From positions 1-32,000 of the forward strand of contig NJBF01000019.1 of the NCBI GenBank assembly GCA_003144275.1: a DNA stretch of 32,000 nt, in the 5' to 3' direction. Source of the DNA: Candidatus Heimdallarchaeota archaeon B3_Heim. GTDB lineage: Archaea; Asgardarchaeota; Heimdallarchaeia; Hodarchaeales; Hodarchaeaceae. Shown piece after piece: positions 7,907 to 16,725 of the stretch (position 1 is the first letter of the stretch; each line of letters begins with the position of its first letter). A model generated the notes under the pieces. That model had not been told where the DNA came from. It was given only the letters and a program-made list of their open reading frames with translations, and searched no databases. The translations under genes were made by a program, and so were the position numbers.

Positions 7907-9385
7907 ATGGATTTCACTTCATTGCTCAATACTTATTGCAAAAAAATTGGAATATGGTTTCTAAGTCTCATACCTATCGTTTTATCAATTTCACTGATGC
8001 TGTTGGCTTTTTCTCCGTCGACAGATACTGATTTGTACAGAGATTTACATTTATTAACATCAATATTGTATATAATGCTAATACTCATCGCCATTCCCTT
8101 CTCACTTAATGGATTCCTTATGGAAAGGGCTTTTAATGCTGAAATAAAACGTATAATCAGTACAGGGTTGCTCATACAAGGTGTAGAGGGATTTGATGAA
8201 GTTCAGAATAAAATTAAGCTGTTATATCGTGCTTCTTATTCAATCACGGTCAGTGTTATAATTTCTTATCTTGTTTTTACATCTGCGTCATTAATAACTA
8301 CAAGTGAAACTAATCCAAATCTAGCAATAATCGCAAGATTTTTCATCTTTGTAGCAAGCATTGGGCTATTAGCGATATCTAGCGGAGCATCAATATTATT
8401 ACGGTTACCTAATAAATCAGCAATACATCCTGGCGGATTGATGAAGTATTATTCCCCTCGCAGCTTAACATTAAAATTAGATAACGTCCTAACAGACTCT
8501 ATCATTCCTAGGTTAGATCCTATAACACGTATGCAGATGGATGAGTGGTCTAATTCTATAGCTGAGGCGATGGATCCAAATTTTGCAAATGAAAACAATG
8601 ATCAGTCTAGACTTGAACAAGCACGTGAGAAAATCTTCCTATTAGTATATCTCAAGGAATATCTTCCAGAACTCGTAACTGAGGAAATTTTTAATTCTGA
8701 GATGAAGGAAATTATTCGGGAAAAGTTCATACAAGAATTTTTCAGTGGAAAGAAATCGAAAATTTCGCTTAAAACACTTGTTACGATTATTCGTGATGTA
8801 AGGAGGGAAATCCCAGAAATATTTGAGCTTGTTCAAAGAATATTTGTCCTTGTAACTGAGAATATTCACCTTTTACGCGCAAAAGACAAATTTATATCTA
8901 TTGTTCATCCTAGCACACATATAGGAAACATAGACCCTTTCAGAGTAACGGTATTTATCCTCAACCTCAATGAAAACAAGAAAAAGGTTAAATTACTAGT
9001 TCAAACCTCAATGAGTAGTCTCGATCCAGATGATGCATCACAGACACTTTTATTAGATTCGAGCTCAATAAAACTTCCTGAAGTTGAACAATCATTAAAC
9101 ATCTCCTCATCAACTGAGTCAATGGATGTTTTAAGATTAGTAAGCAGCATTTTACAAGTAGGAGATGCAATGAATCTGCAATTTAGACCGAATCGTTTTG
9201 GAACTCATGTTTTGAATATTTCAGTTGAAGATGAAGAAGGAATAATTTCTGGACGATCTATTGTGGTTTCAGTCCAAAGAGATTTGATGTTTTACGTAAA
9301 GACGATGGGTGCAAAAGCTCTAGGCTACGCAGGGGCCGCGATCTCGTTTATTGGGATTGGTTTAGGCGCCCTTTTTAGTTTTTAA
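7907..9385 (+). CDS. Hypothetical membrane protein: 4 N-terminal TM, soluble helical region, predicted Ig-like beta-sandwich, C-terminal hydrophobic helix
   Basis: Four TM segments in residues ~14-165. Alternating beta-strand pattern in residues ~330-456 (FRVTVFILNL, KVKLLVQTS, LQFRPNRFGTHVLNISVED, RSIVVSV). C-terminal ALGYAGAAISFIGIGLGALFSF. Confidence 0.8.
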   Translation: MDFTSLLNTYCKKIGIWFLSLIPIVLSISLMLLAFSPSTDTDLYRDLHLLTSILYIMLILIAIPFSLNGFLMERAFNAEIKRIISTGLLIQGVEGFDEVQNKIKLLYRASYSITVSVIISYLVFTSASLITTSETNPNLAIIARFFIFVASIGLLAISSGASILLRLPNKSAIHPGGLMKYYSPRSLTLKLDNVLTDSIIPRLDPITRMQMDEWSNSIAEAMDPNFANENNDQSRLEQAREKIFLLVYLKEYLPELVTEEIFNSEMKEIIREKFIQEFFSGKKSKISLKTLVTIIRDVRREIPEIFELVQRIFVLVTENIHLLRAKDKFISIVHPSTHIGNIDPFRVTVFILNLNENKKKVKLLVQTSMSSLDPDDASQTLLLDSSSIKLPEVEQSLNISSSTESMDVLRLVSSILQVGDAMNLQFRPNRFGTHVLNISVEDEEGIISGRSIVVSVQRDLMFYVKTMGAKALGYAGAAISFIGIGLGALFSF

Positions 9386-9416
9386 AATCAGTTAATATTT
9401 ATTCAAGGTTCTGGGA

Positions 9417-10724
9417 ATGATTACTGATTTCATTAAACGGAATTCTCTTACTTCTTTGATTTTCTTATTTAGTCTTATTTTACTTAATGGCGTAGGTGTT
9501 ACATTACCTATACCAAATCTAGAAATTATAGGGCGTCAATATGATTTTCCTTTAATTGGAATTGTTGAAGCATTTTTCATAATTTTTTCAATGGTAGCTT
9601 TAGTCGTTTGGGGATATTTAGTAGATAAGTTTGACCGACGACAAATATTATTAATGGCAAATGTCATTTGGTTGATACCAGCCGCTATCATATTCTTCTT
9701 CCCTGATTCATTGCTAATTTATTTTATTGGCAGATTGATAATGGCAATTGGGTTAGCGGCTTTTTCTCCTCTTTCTTATTCAATTATTGCTGATTTTGCA
9801 CATTACGAAGATCGTGGAACTATTTCTGCAGGATTAAATCTTGCGTGGGTTGGTTCTAGTGCTGTAGGAATAATATTAGGTGCATCTTTCACCGCAAACT
9901 GGTACTATTCATTCGGAGTACTGGCCTTTCTGGGATTAATCTTATTTTGTTGGCAATTCTTAGTGAAAATTCCCATTCGGGGAGTGAAGGAGCCTGCATT
10001 TTCTGATATAGCAGATTATCAGTACCCTTGGCGCATAAACTTTAGAATAATTCCTAAAGCATTTCAAACAAGAAGTTTCTTTTGGTTATTGACGCAAGGA
10101 ATTTTCGCTTTAGTTCCAGGCACCGTTTTTACTTATTGGCTCGTCAGTTTTTTGGCATCTTCAGAAGGAATGGCAATTTCTATTGAACAGGCTAGTCTCA
10201 TCTCTATCATAGTCGCAAGCGGACGGGCTCCTGGATATTTGTTTTTTGGAAAACTCGGGGATATTTTGACTTCTAAATATGCTAATTCTGCCATAAGGGC
10301 GAAAATTGCAGGTTTGGGGATGGCCAGTCAGGCGATGTTCTTTTTTGGAGCTTTTTATATGCTTAATTCTTCTCTATATAATCAACTCGTTTTTGCTTGC
10401 TTATTTTGGATCGGAAGTTTTGTTGGAGCTGCATCTGGTCCAAATCGGACGTCTTTATTATTCAATATTTCGTTACCTGAATTTCGTGGTACTCTAGGTT
10501 CTTTGTATTCACTAACTGATCATTTAGGAGCTGCTCTTGGAGTATTTGTTTCTACATTCTTTCTACAATTCCTTAATTATTCCTCTGTATTTAGGATAAG
10601 TCTACTATTCTATTTGATTGCCGCATTATGCTGGTTTAGGAGTATAAAGCATATTTCAATAGATGAAGGAAAAATTAATGAAATTTTACATTCCAGAGCC
10701 AAGGAAATAATGCTTAAGAAATGA
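9417..10724 (+). CDS. Major facilitator superfamily transporter
   Basis: About 12 TM segments. MFS motif A (WGYLVDKFDRR) and its C-half repeat (FGKLGD), plus SIIAD...EDRG and EFRGT loops. Confidence 0.92.
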   Translation: MITDFIKRNSLTSLIFLFSLILLNGVGVTLPIPNLEIIGRQYDFPLIGIVEAFFIIFSMVALVVWGYLVDKFDRRQILLMANVIWLIPAAIIFFFPDSLLIYFIGRLIMAIGLAAFSPLSYSIIADFAHYEDRGTISAGLNLAWVGSSAVGIILGASFTANWYYSFGVLAFLGLILFCWQFLVKIPIRGVKEPAFSDIADYQYPWRINFRIIPKAFQTRSFFWLLTQGIFALVPGTVFTYWLVSFLASSEGMAISIEQASLISIIVASGRAPGYLFFGKLGDILTSKYANSAIRAKIAGLGMASQAMFFFGAFYMLNSSLYNQLVFACLFWIGSFVGAASGPNRTSLLFNISLPEFRGTLGSLYSLTDHLGAALGVFVSTFFLQFLNYSSVFRISLLFYLIAALCWFRSIKHISIDEGKINEILHSRAKEIMLKK

Positions 10725-10817
10725 AAAGAAATTCATGCGAAGTGTAAGAGCTGAGAGAGGAAGTGATTAGGTTTGGAAATCAATAATTTGTCCAAGTTTA
10801 GGCTAATTCTTCGATCC

Positions 10818-10828
10818 AAAAGTTTTTA
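10818..10828 (+). promoter_or_regulatory. Candidate BRE/TATA element upstream of the M48 protease gene
   Basis: AAAAGTTTTTA. The same AAAGTTTT core recurs upstream of other genes (minus strand 22377-22365; plus strand 30975-30988). Spacing favours ATG 10885 over TTG 10843 as the start. Confidence 0.4.
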
Positions 10829-10842
10829 CCATTTATGTAGCT

Positions 10843-12663
10843 TTGACATTCTTTAAGCAAAACAACGACACGTGGTTGAAAAAAATGCCAAAAAATTTGT
10901 ACATACGTTCTTTAGGAGTAATGACCGTTCTTTGGGGATTTGTATTCGTAGTAGGGATGGTTCTGATAGCAGTAATCTCATTAGCAGCACCTGATCTAAT
11001 ACCTCCGGGATCTGAATATTTAATAATTGTAATACCAGTTTTATTCGCATTTTTAATGGTAGGAATTCAATTCCTTATATCTCCATGGCTTATGGACTTT
11101 ATCATTGGCTGGGTTTATGATGCTACTAAATATCAAGTTGATGAGCTTCCTCCACACATTCAGAGCTTCCTCCATCAGCAAATGGAGTTACATAACTTTT
11201 CTCTAAAATGGGTGGCTATCATTCACGATAATAATCCGAATGCTTTCACATACGGACACACCAAAAAGCGTGCTCGTATGGCGATTACTGAAGGAATTCT
11301 TAATTACTTAACGGAAGACGAACAGTTAGCGGTAGTTGCACATGAATCTGGGCACATTGTACATCGTGATTTTATTTGGATGACTGTTGCCGCAGCTATT
11401 CCTTTAGTATTATACTCCTTCTATCAAGGATTATGGATTTACGCACGGGTTACTTCAAGAAGCGGTGGTAGAAGTGAGGGTGCGGAAAAAGTTGGAGCTG
11501 CAGCAATGGTAGCTGCTGTTGGGGCTTTTATAGCATATTGGATTTCTCAATATATAGTTCTGTTTCTATCCCGTGTTCGCGAATATTACGCTGATAGTTT
11601 TTCAGCAGAAGCTACTGGCCAACCAGGCGCTCTTTCGCGCGCTTTAGTGAAGATTGCATATGGTATGGTTAAAGAGGATTCAATTAACGCTGAAAAATTG
11701 AGTGATGAAAACGCCTCTCCAACTGTTCGGAGACAAGCATCAAAAAAGTCTGCCTTTACCACTGGTATGCGATCATTAGGAGTATTTGATGTGGCTAGTG
11801 CGAAAAATTTAGCACTATCCTCTTACGGTCGAGGACTAAGCCTTGACAATGAAAGCGTGGCTAAAGCAGCACAATGGGATCTTTCTAATCCATGGGGACG
11901 CTTTTTAGAACTTTCATCAACTCATCCTCTACCTGCAAAACGAATTCTTGCATTAAATACAATGCAAGAAGAACGTGGAATGGAGCCTGAATTTCCTCAA
12001 ATGGGAAAAGTAAAGCTCCCTGAAAGCTTATGGGATGAATTTCTTATTGACTTAGTTCTTTTGTACTTTGCTCCACTCTTGTTTATCATTTTACCCATAC
12101 TTTCTGCTATCTTCGCTACTTCCGTAGGTATCAATATCAACATTGGTATAGGAGCGGGTATTTTACTGGTTGCATTAATCTGGAAGCTACGTCGTAGAGA
12201 AAAATATCCGAAATTAAAACTCTCTGATCCTGTTGTTACTGTAACACATTGTTTAACTGATCATACGAAAAATAGTTACTATGAGGCATCTCCCCTTCGT
12301 GGTAAAGGTGCAGTTTTTGTAGGGAAAGTTGTTGGAAGAGGAGTACCTGGATATTTCTTAAGCGAGGATCTGGTTATTCAGGATGACACGGGAATAATTA
12401 CTTTAAATTATAGTCCTGTTTTGGGATTCATGTCTTTCTTCTTCGCTTTATTCCGTGCACCAAGTCTTCGTGGAATGAAAGTTAAAGCGTATGGATGGTA
12501 TCATCGCTCTCCTCAACCAGTCTTACAGGTGTGGAAAATAGTTACTGAAGAAGGAAAAACTTTCCACAATCGATGGTCTGGCGCAAATTGGGTTTTCATG
12601 TGGATAATGATTATTATCGGTATTGCATTGATTGCAACAGGGTTATCTACATTCACCGTCTGA
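10843..12663 (+). CDS. htpX: Long-form HtpX-like M48 zinc metalloprotease with C-terminal membrane/OB-like extension
   Basis: NPNAFTYG, ITEGILNYL..DEQLAVVAHESGH (HExxH), SRVREYYAD (third zinc ligand Glu) and ELSSTHPL. About 200 extra C-terminal residues. Alternative ATG at 10885. Confidence 0.9.
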   Translation: MTFFKQNNDTWLKKMPKNLYIRSLGVMTVLWGFVFVVGMVLIAVISLAAPDLIPPGSEYLIIVIPVLFAFLMVGIQFLISPWLMDFIIGWVYDATKYQVDELPPHIQSFLHQQMELHNFSLKWVAIIHDNNPNAFTYGHTKKRARMAITEGILNYLTEDEQLAVVAHESGHIVHRDFIWMTVAAAIPLVLYSFYQGLWIYARVTSRSGGRSEGAEKVGAAAMVAAVGAFIAYWISQYIVLFLSRVREYYADSFSAEATGQPGALSRALVKIAYGMVKEDSINAEKLSDENASPTVRRQASKKSAFTTGMRSLGVFDVASAKNLALSSYGRGLSLDNESVAKAAQWDLSNPWGRFLELSSTHPLPAKRILALNTMQEERGMEPEFPQMGKVKLPESLWDEFLIDLVLLYFAPLLFIILPILSAIFATSVGININIGIGAGILLVALIWKLRRREKYPKLKLSDPVVTVTHCLTDHTKNSYYEASPLRGKGAVFVGKVVGRGVPGYFLSEDLVIQDDTGIITLNYSPVLGFMSFFFALFRAPSLRGMKVKAYGWYHRSPQPVLQVWKIVTEEGKTFHNRWSGANWVFMWIMIIIGIALIATGLSTFTV

Positions 12664-12680
12664 ATATTTTCACCCTCTCT

Positions 12681-12691
12681 TTCTTTTTTTT
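12681..12691 (+). terminator. Oligo-T tract, probable archaeal terminator of the WD40-to-htpX run
   Basis: TTCTTTTTTTT about 20 nt after the htpX stop, in a convergent intergenic gap. Confidence 0.4.
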
Positions 12692-12710
12692 AATTTATTG
12701 AAGCGAAAAC

Positions 12711-13544
12711 TTAAGCTAATAGACCAGCTGTTTTTCGATATGCTCTTTGCGCCCTCAGTTGTAGCAAATTTATTGTTTTTGTAAGAATCCCTCGACCTCC
12801 TGAATCTATTTTCTTTAGCATATTCATACCAAGTGGTTCCTGATTGGTAAAATTCTGTGATGGATCTGCGATACAAGATGCGCCTGTACTCCAATATGGA
12901 TCTGAAAGAACGGATTTGGCCGTATCACTAACTACTACAGCCATTGCTCCTTCTTTTGCTCTTATGAAAGCTAAATTATGCCATATGTGCTGTCCATAAT
13001 TTGTTAACGATTCTTCAGGAACAACTGTTAAAGCGGGTACAAATAATAAATCGATTTCTTTTGATATTAGTTCTTGTACTAAGTTTAGGTTCCAAAGATC
13101 ATTGCAAATTCGAACTCCTGCTCGAAAATCTCCCATCTTCCATATGAAGAGAGATTTTCCAGGAGTGATTTCTTGTGTTAACTCATAACCGAAAAGCCGT
13201 TGTTTGTCATATTTTCCAACGATCTCTCCCCTTTGATCAATGATTAATGATCGATTATAGAATTGTTCTTTTTCTTCAATAATTTGGCTTCCTCCAACAA
13301 TCCAAGTAGAGTACGCTTGTGCAATGCTCTTTAAATATTGTACAGACTCTGAAAAGGTCGTTTCGGACGTACTATTCATCCGTAAACCGTTCCAGTACTC
13401 AGGGAAACATATAACGTCAATTTGGTTCATTAGATCTAATTTTTCTTGAAAAAATAAACGGTAATTATCGAGATTATCATCTAGATTATGGAGTGTTATT
13501 GTTGGTTGCAAAGCAACAATATTTAGCTCTTCTGAGAGGTTCAT
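12711..13544 (-). CDS. Carbon-nitrogen hydrolase (nitrilase/amidase superfamily)
   Basis: Catalytic triad motifs CFPEYW (Glu), YDKQRL (Lys) and RICNDLW (Cys); YNRSLIID..G. Confidence 0.9.
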   Translation of the reverse strand: MNLSEELNIVALQPTITLHNLDDNLDNYRLFFQEKLDLMNQIDVICFPEYWNGLRMNSTSETTFSESVQYLKSIAQAYSTWIVGGSQIIEEKEQFYNRSLIIDQRGEIVGKYDKQRLFGYELTQEITPGKSLFIWKMGDFRAGVRICNDLWNLNLVQELISKEIDLLFVPALTVVPEESLTNYGQHIWHNLAFIRAKEGAMAVVVSDTAKSVLSDPYWSTGASCIADPSQNFTNQEPLGMNMLKKIDSGGRGILTKTINLLQLRAQRAYRKTAGLLA

Positions 13545-14713
13545 GAATCTTTCGTCCGATTCAATACCAGTTCTGCGATATCAATGGATTTGATCTGAGA
13601 TGCTTCTATTCTTAAGTTTTCGTCGATATTTAAAAGGCAAGAAGGGCAAGCGTTAACGCAGAGATCAACATTTTGTTCTTCCATTTGAGAAATCAGCCGA
13701 ATAGCTATCTCATTTGCAATTACAGGATGATTTGTTTTTATTAATCCGCCAGACCCACAGCAAAGGGCTTTCTCTTTGTGACTAGCCATTTCACGATTGT
13801 CAACTCCAGGTAAATTTGCTAATAAGTCCCGAGCAACATCATATACCCCACAATGTCTTCCTAATTCGCACGGATCCTTGTAAGTAACTTTGACAGGAGA
13901 TTTGTTCTGAAAAATTAACTTTTTCTCCTTTATCAAAGTTACTAGGTATTCCATATGAGAAATAACTTTGAAAGGAAGCTCTTTTCCCAATAATTGAGGA
14001 TATTCTTCTGTAAATACTCTATAACATCCTGCACAGGAAATAATTAGCTTTTTTATTCCTAATCGTTTAATTTCTGATACATTATGATCCGCAAATTCCT
14101 CGGCTTTGTCTTTTTGACCCCCTAATAAGTAGGGGTTTCCGCAACAATATTCACTAGGAGAAAATATACTTATCTTCTCATTTGCCATCTTTGCTAGTTT
14201 TAAGATTGCAACTGGACCACGACCTGCTCTTCCAGAGTATGAATAGACACATCCAAGGAAAAAGCCAATTTCGTGATGAAGATTGACCCATTCATTATAC
14301 TGGTCTTCAATCTCAAAGCTCCAATTTTCTCTATCTTCTTGGTCTAGTCCATATATGTTATGTTCTTTATCCAAATCTTCAAACATTTTCCGTGTATTTC
14401 TGGGTAATCGGTCTTGAACAAGGGTTTTAAGTTCAGAATAGACCTTTGTCAGAGGAATATCTACAATACAATTTTCTTGACACGCACCACAAAAAGTACA
14501 TTGGAATAATCCATCTCTTAATGCATCAAACCCTTCCTCTGAGTCAATTAACCCTTCTGCGAGGTTCCGAGCGGTTATAATTTTCCCTCTACCTGTGACA
14601 ATTTCATGAAGTACTGAATGATAGGTCGGGCAAGAAGCTTCATTATTAACACAATATGCACAATACGCACATATATATAGTTCATCATAATATTGTAAGC
14701 TTTTTAGGTTCAC
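13541..14713 (-). CDS. (Fe-S)-binding protein with two CCG domains (HdrD/GlpC/GlcF-like oxidoreductase subunit)
   Basis: Ferredoxin-like CAYCAYC....SCP and CTFCGACQENC. CCG motifs GC..., YCCGNP, SCAGCY, DPCELGR, LCCGSGG and ACPSC. GTG start; ATGA overlap with the downstream gene. Confidence 0.9.
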   Translation of the reverse strand: MNLKSLQYYDELYICAYCAYCVNNEASCPTYHSVLHEIVTGRGKIITARNLAEGLIDSEEGFDALRDGLFQCTFCGACQENCIVDIPLTKVYSELKTLVQDRLPRNTRKMFEDLDKEHNIYGLDQEDRENWSFEIEDQYNEWVNLHHEIGFFLGCVYSYSGRAGRGPVAILKLAKMANEKISIFSPSEYCCGNPYLLGGQKDKAEEFADHNVSEIKRLGIKKLIISCAGCYRVFTEEYPQLLGKELPFKVISHMEYLVTLIKEKKLIFQNKSPVKVTYKDPCELGRHCGVYDVARDLLANLPGVDNREMASHKEKALCCGSGGLIKTNHPVIANEIAIRLISQMEEQNVDLCVNACPSCLLNIDENLRIEASQIKSIDIAELVLNRTKDS

Positions 14714-14767
14714 TTTCGTAGAATCCTAATCATAGGAAGTTTTCAAAAGTCTTTCAGATAATAATGA

Positions 14768-14797
14768 GTTAATTCAGAGTTTACAATCTGAATTCAC
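14768..14797. promoter_or_regulatory. Inverted repeat (10 of 11 bp) upstream of the Fe-S gene promoter
   Basis: GTTAATTCAGA (14768-14778) and TCTGAATTCAC (14787-14797) with an 8-nt spacer. Confidence 0.4.
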
Positions 14798-14978
14798 CTT
14801 TTTTAATGTGTCGCAAAGAGTCTCGTTTTTTTATTTGTAACGTGCGTAGCTCGTTCTCAAGGGTGTATCGATAAGTTGGAATTGTTTTAAATTTCTTCTG
14901 GTACACTTAGATTAAAGTGTTACTGAAAATAGCTCTAATCGAATACTAATCTATTAATTGATTGCAAATGTTCAAATA

Positions 14979-15866
14979 TTAGAATGGAACATGCCCGTAG
15001 CTCATTAGAAATTCCTGTTCTTCAGGTGAAAGTACCTGACCTCCATCCCTTTTTTCTATTAACCCTTGGATTCTTTCTTCTATCTTTCCAAATGTCTCTT
15101 GTTGCGATTCAATCTTCAATTTTTTCTTAACTTGCGATATCTTCGCTTTCAATGAATCCAGTTCTTCTTGCTTCGCTTGGACTACTTCTTTTAACTCTTC
15201 TACACGTTGAAGATGATCAACGAATTCTTGATGAGCTTTATCCTCTTCTTCTTTTAATGGACCAATCCTCGTATATAATTTCTGAATTTTTGTCTGAACG
15301 TCTTTCCGAAGATTTTCTTCTTCGGAGATTTTCTGTTCGATGCTTGAAATTTCTTCTTGAATTCTCTCTTTGGATTTAGGTATATCTCCTAAGTAATCTG
15401 CTACGATAGCTTCATTACGTTTTTCCAAAAGAACAACTCTTTCTTCAATTCGTCTTATTTCGTCAATGAGCAATCCTTCCTCCTCTCTGTCGAGAGAACT
15501 TGTTTGTTGTTTAAATTCAAGTTCATAAAGATGGAATTTAAGCTCAACAATTGTTAGCTTTTCAAGCTCGACGTTTGTAAGTAGTTTGAATGGAGCACCT
15601 TCTTTTCGTTGGGCTTGACGTCTGAGAAAATCTCGTCGTTTCTTTAATCCCTCTAACAGCTCTTTCTTAGAGTCTCTTCCCTCTACATCAGGTGTCGTTT
15701 TTTGTAGTAATGATTGTCGCTCTTCTTTATATCGATCACGTTGTTTCCTATAACGAGTCGTTAATTTTTGTTCCTGATCTAGCTCTTTTCTCATGGTCTT
15801 TATTTGATCAATTAACTTTCTCTGTTGTTCATAATATAATTTTAATTGATCATTTGAGTCTGTCAT
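14979..15866 (-). CDS. Archaeal coiled-coil protein (COG1340-type)
   Basis: Heptad-rich E/K/Q/R sequence with the family-like segments ELEFKQQTSSLDREEEGLLIDEI, EEDKAHQEFV and the C-terminal GQVLSPEE. Confidence 0.8.
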   Translation of the reverse strand: MTDSNDQLKLYYEQQRKLIDQIKTMRKELDQEQKLTTRYRKQRDRYKEERQSLLQKTTPDVEGRDSKKELLEGLKKRRDFLRRQAQRKEGAPFKLLTNVELEKLTIVELKFHLYELEFKQQTSSLDREEEGLLIDEIRRIEERVVLLEKRNEAIVADYLGDIPKSKERIQEEISSIEQKISEEENLRKDVQTKIQKLYTRIGPLKEEEDKAHQEFVDHLQRVEELKEVVQAKQEELDSLKAKISQVKKKLKIESQQETFGKIEERIQGLIEKRDGGQVLSPEEQEFLMSYGHVPF

Positions 15867-16122
15867 TTCATCATCGCCTGATAATTGTAATTAAACTGAG
15901 AAAAGAACATTCTTATTCTCTTATAATTAGGGAAACCATCTTTTAAGATGTTTCTTTCAATGTGATGTTTTATTTATATCAATCTGCACATACAAAGCAG
16001 TTTTTAATAGCTTATCTCTTGGATTAGAATTCAAGTCTTTTTCAATTTCTTTGCGATAAGTTAATGAATAGTCATGACTCTTAAAAATGAAAGAATGGTA
16101 AAAGGAGATAACCCCTTTCAAC

Positions 16123-16132
16123 TTTTTTATAA
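16123..16132 (+). promoter_or_regulatory. TATA-box candidate for a leaderless or short-leader nitroreductase transcript
   Basis: TTTTTTATAA ending 17 nt upstream of ATG 16150. Confidence 0.4.
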
Positions 16133-16149
16133 GTAACAGGGATGATTTT

Positions 16150-16668
16150 ATGGATTTTTTTGAAACCATTATTAAGAATAAGAGATATAACTCTTTCCAA
16201 TCAGAAGAATCTCTTAATCATGATCAATTAAAGCAACTACTAGCCTGTGCTCAATTAGCACCCTCTTTGAGTGATATTCAAAACTTCGCTTATATTATCA
16301 TCACTGATCCCAATCTGAAGGCAACTATCTCTGAAAAGATTGCTAATAAAGAAATTAATATAAAAAATGCAGCAGTAATATTTGCAGTAGTTGCTGTTCA
16401 GGATGAAAATGATGATAAGAATATCATTGATGCTATTATTGCTAGTAATCAATTGATACTTGCAGCTACAACAATGAATTTGGGAACTAATCTAATAGTA
16501 GACTTTGATAATTCTATTGAAGAAATATTAGGCTTGAATGAAGAGTTGACGGTTATTGGATTAATTCCTGTCGGTAAAACTGTAGATAAGGGTTATCTAG
16601 GTCTGAAACGGTCAATAAAAGATATGGCCTTTCATAATTCGATTCACTCCCGTTTTGAATTTGAGTGA
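16150..16668 (+). CDS. Nitroreductase family protein
   Basis: N-terminal IIKNKRYNSF, AQLAPSLSDIQNFAYIII, DAIIASNQLILAATTMNLGT and LIPVG segments match the nitroreductase fold. Confidence 0.85.
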   Translation: MDFFETIIKNKRYNSFQSEESLNHDQLKQLLACAQLAPSLSDIQNFAYIIITDPNLKATISEKIANKEINIKNAAVIFAVVAVQDENDDKNIIDAIIASNQLILAATTMNLGTNLIVDFDNSIEEILGLNEELTVIGLIPVGKTVDKGYLGLKRSIKDMAFHNSIHSRFEFE

Positions 16669-16725
16669 ATAAATCACTATTAGGTTGTATTAAATCTGCA
16701 AGCTCAAAGTAAGCGATTACTCATC

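Noticed and set aside
12670-12894. 74-aa minus-strand ORF overlapping the hydrolase 3' end
   Set aside because: Alternate frame largely inside a well-supported gene, with no motif.
14979-15866. SMC, ESCRT-III or intermediate-filament-like protein
   Set aside because: No ATPase head or ESCRT-III pattern. The segments match the widespread archaeal COG1340 coiled-coil family.
15957-16169. 70-aa minus-strand ORF
   Set aside because: Overlaps the nitroreductase start and its TATA candidate head-to-head, has no internal start for the protein-like half, and no recognisable motif.
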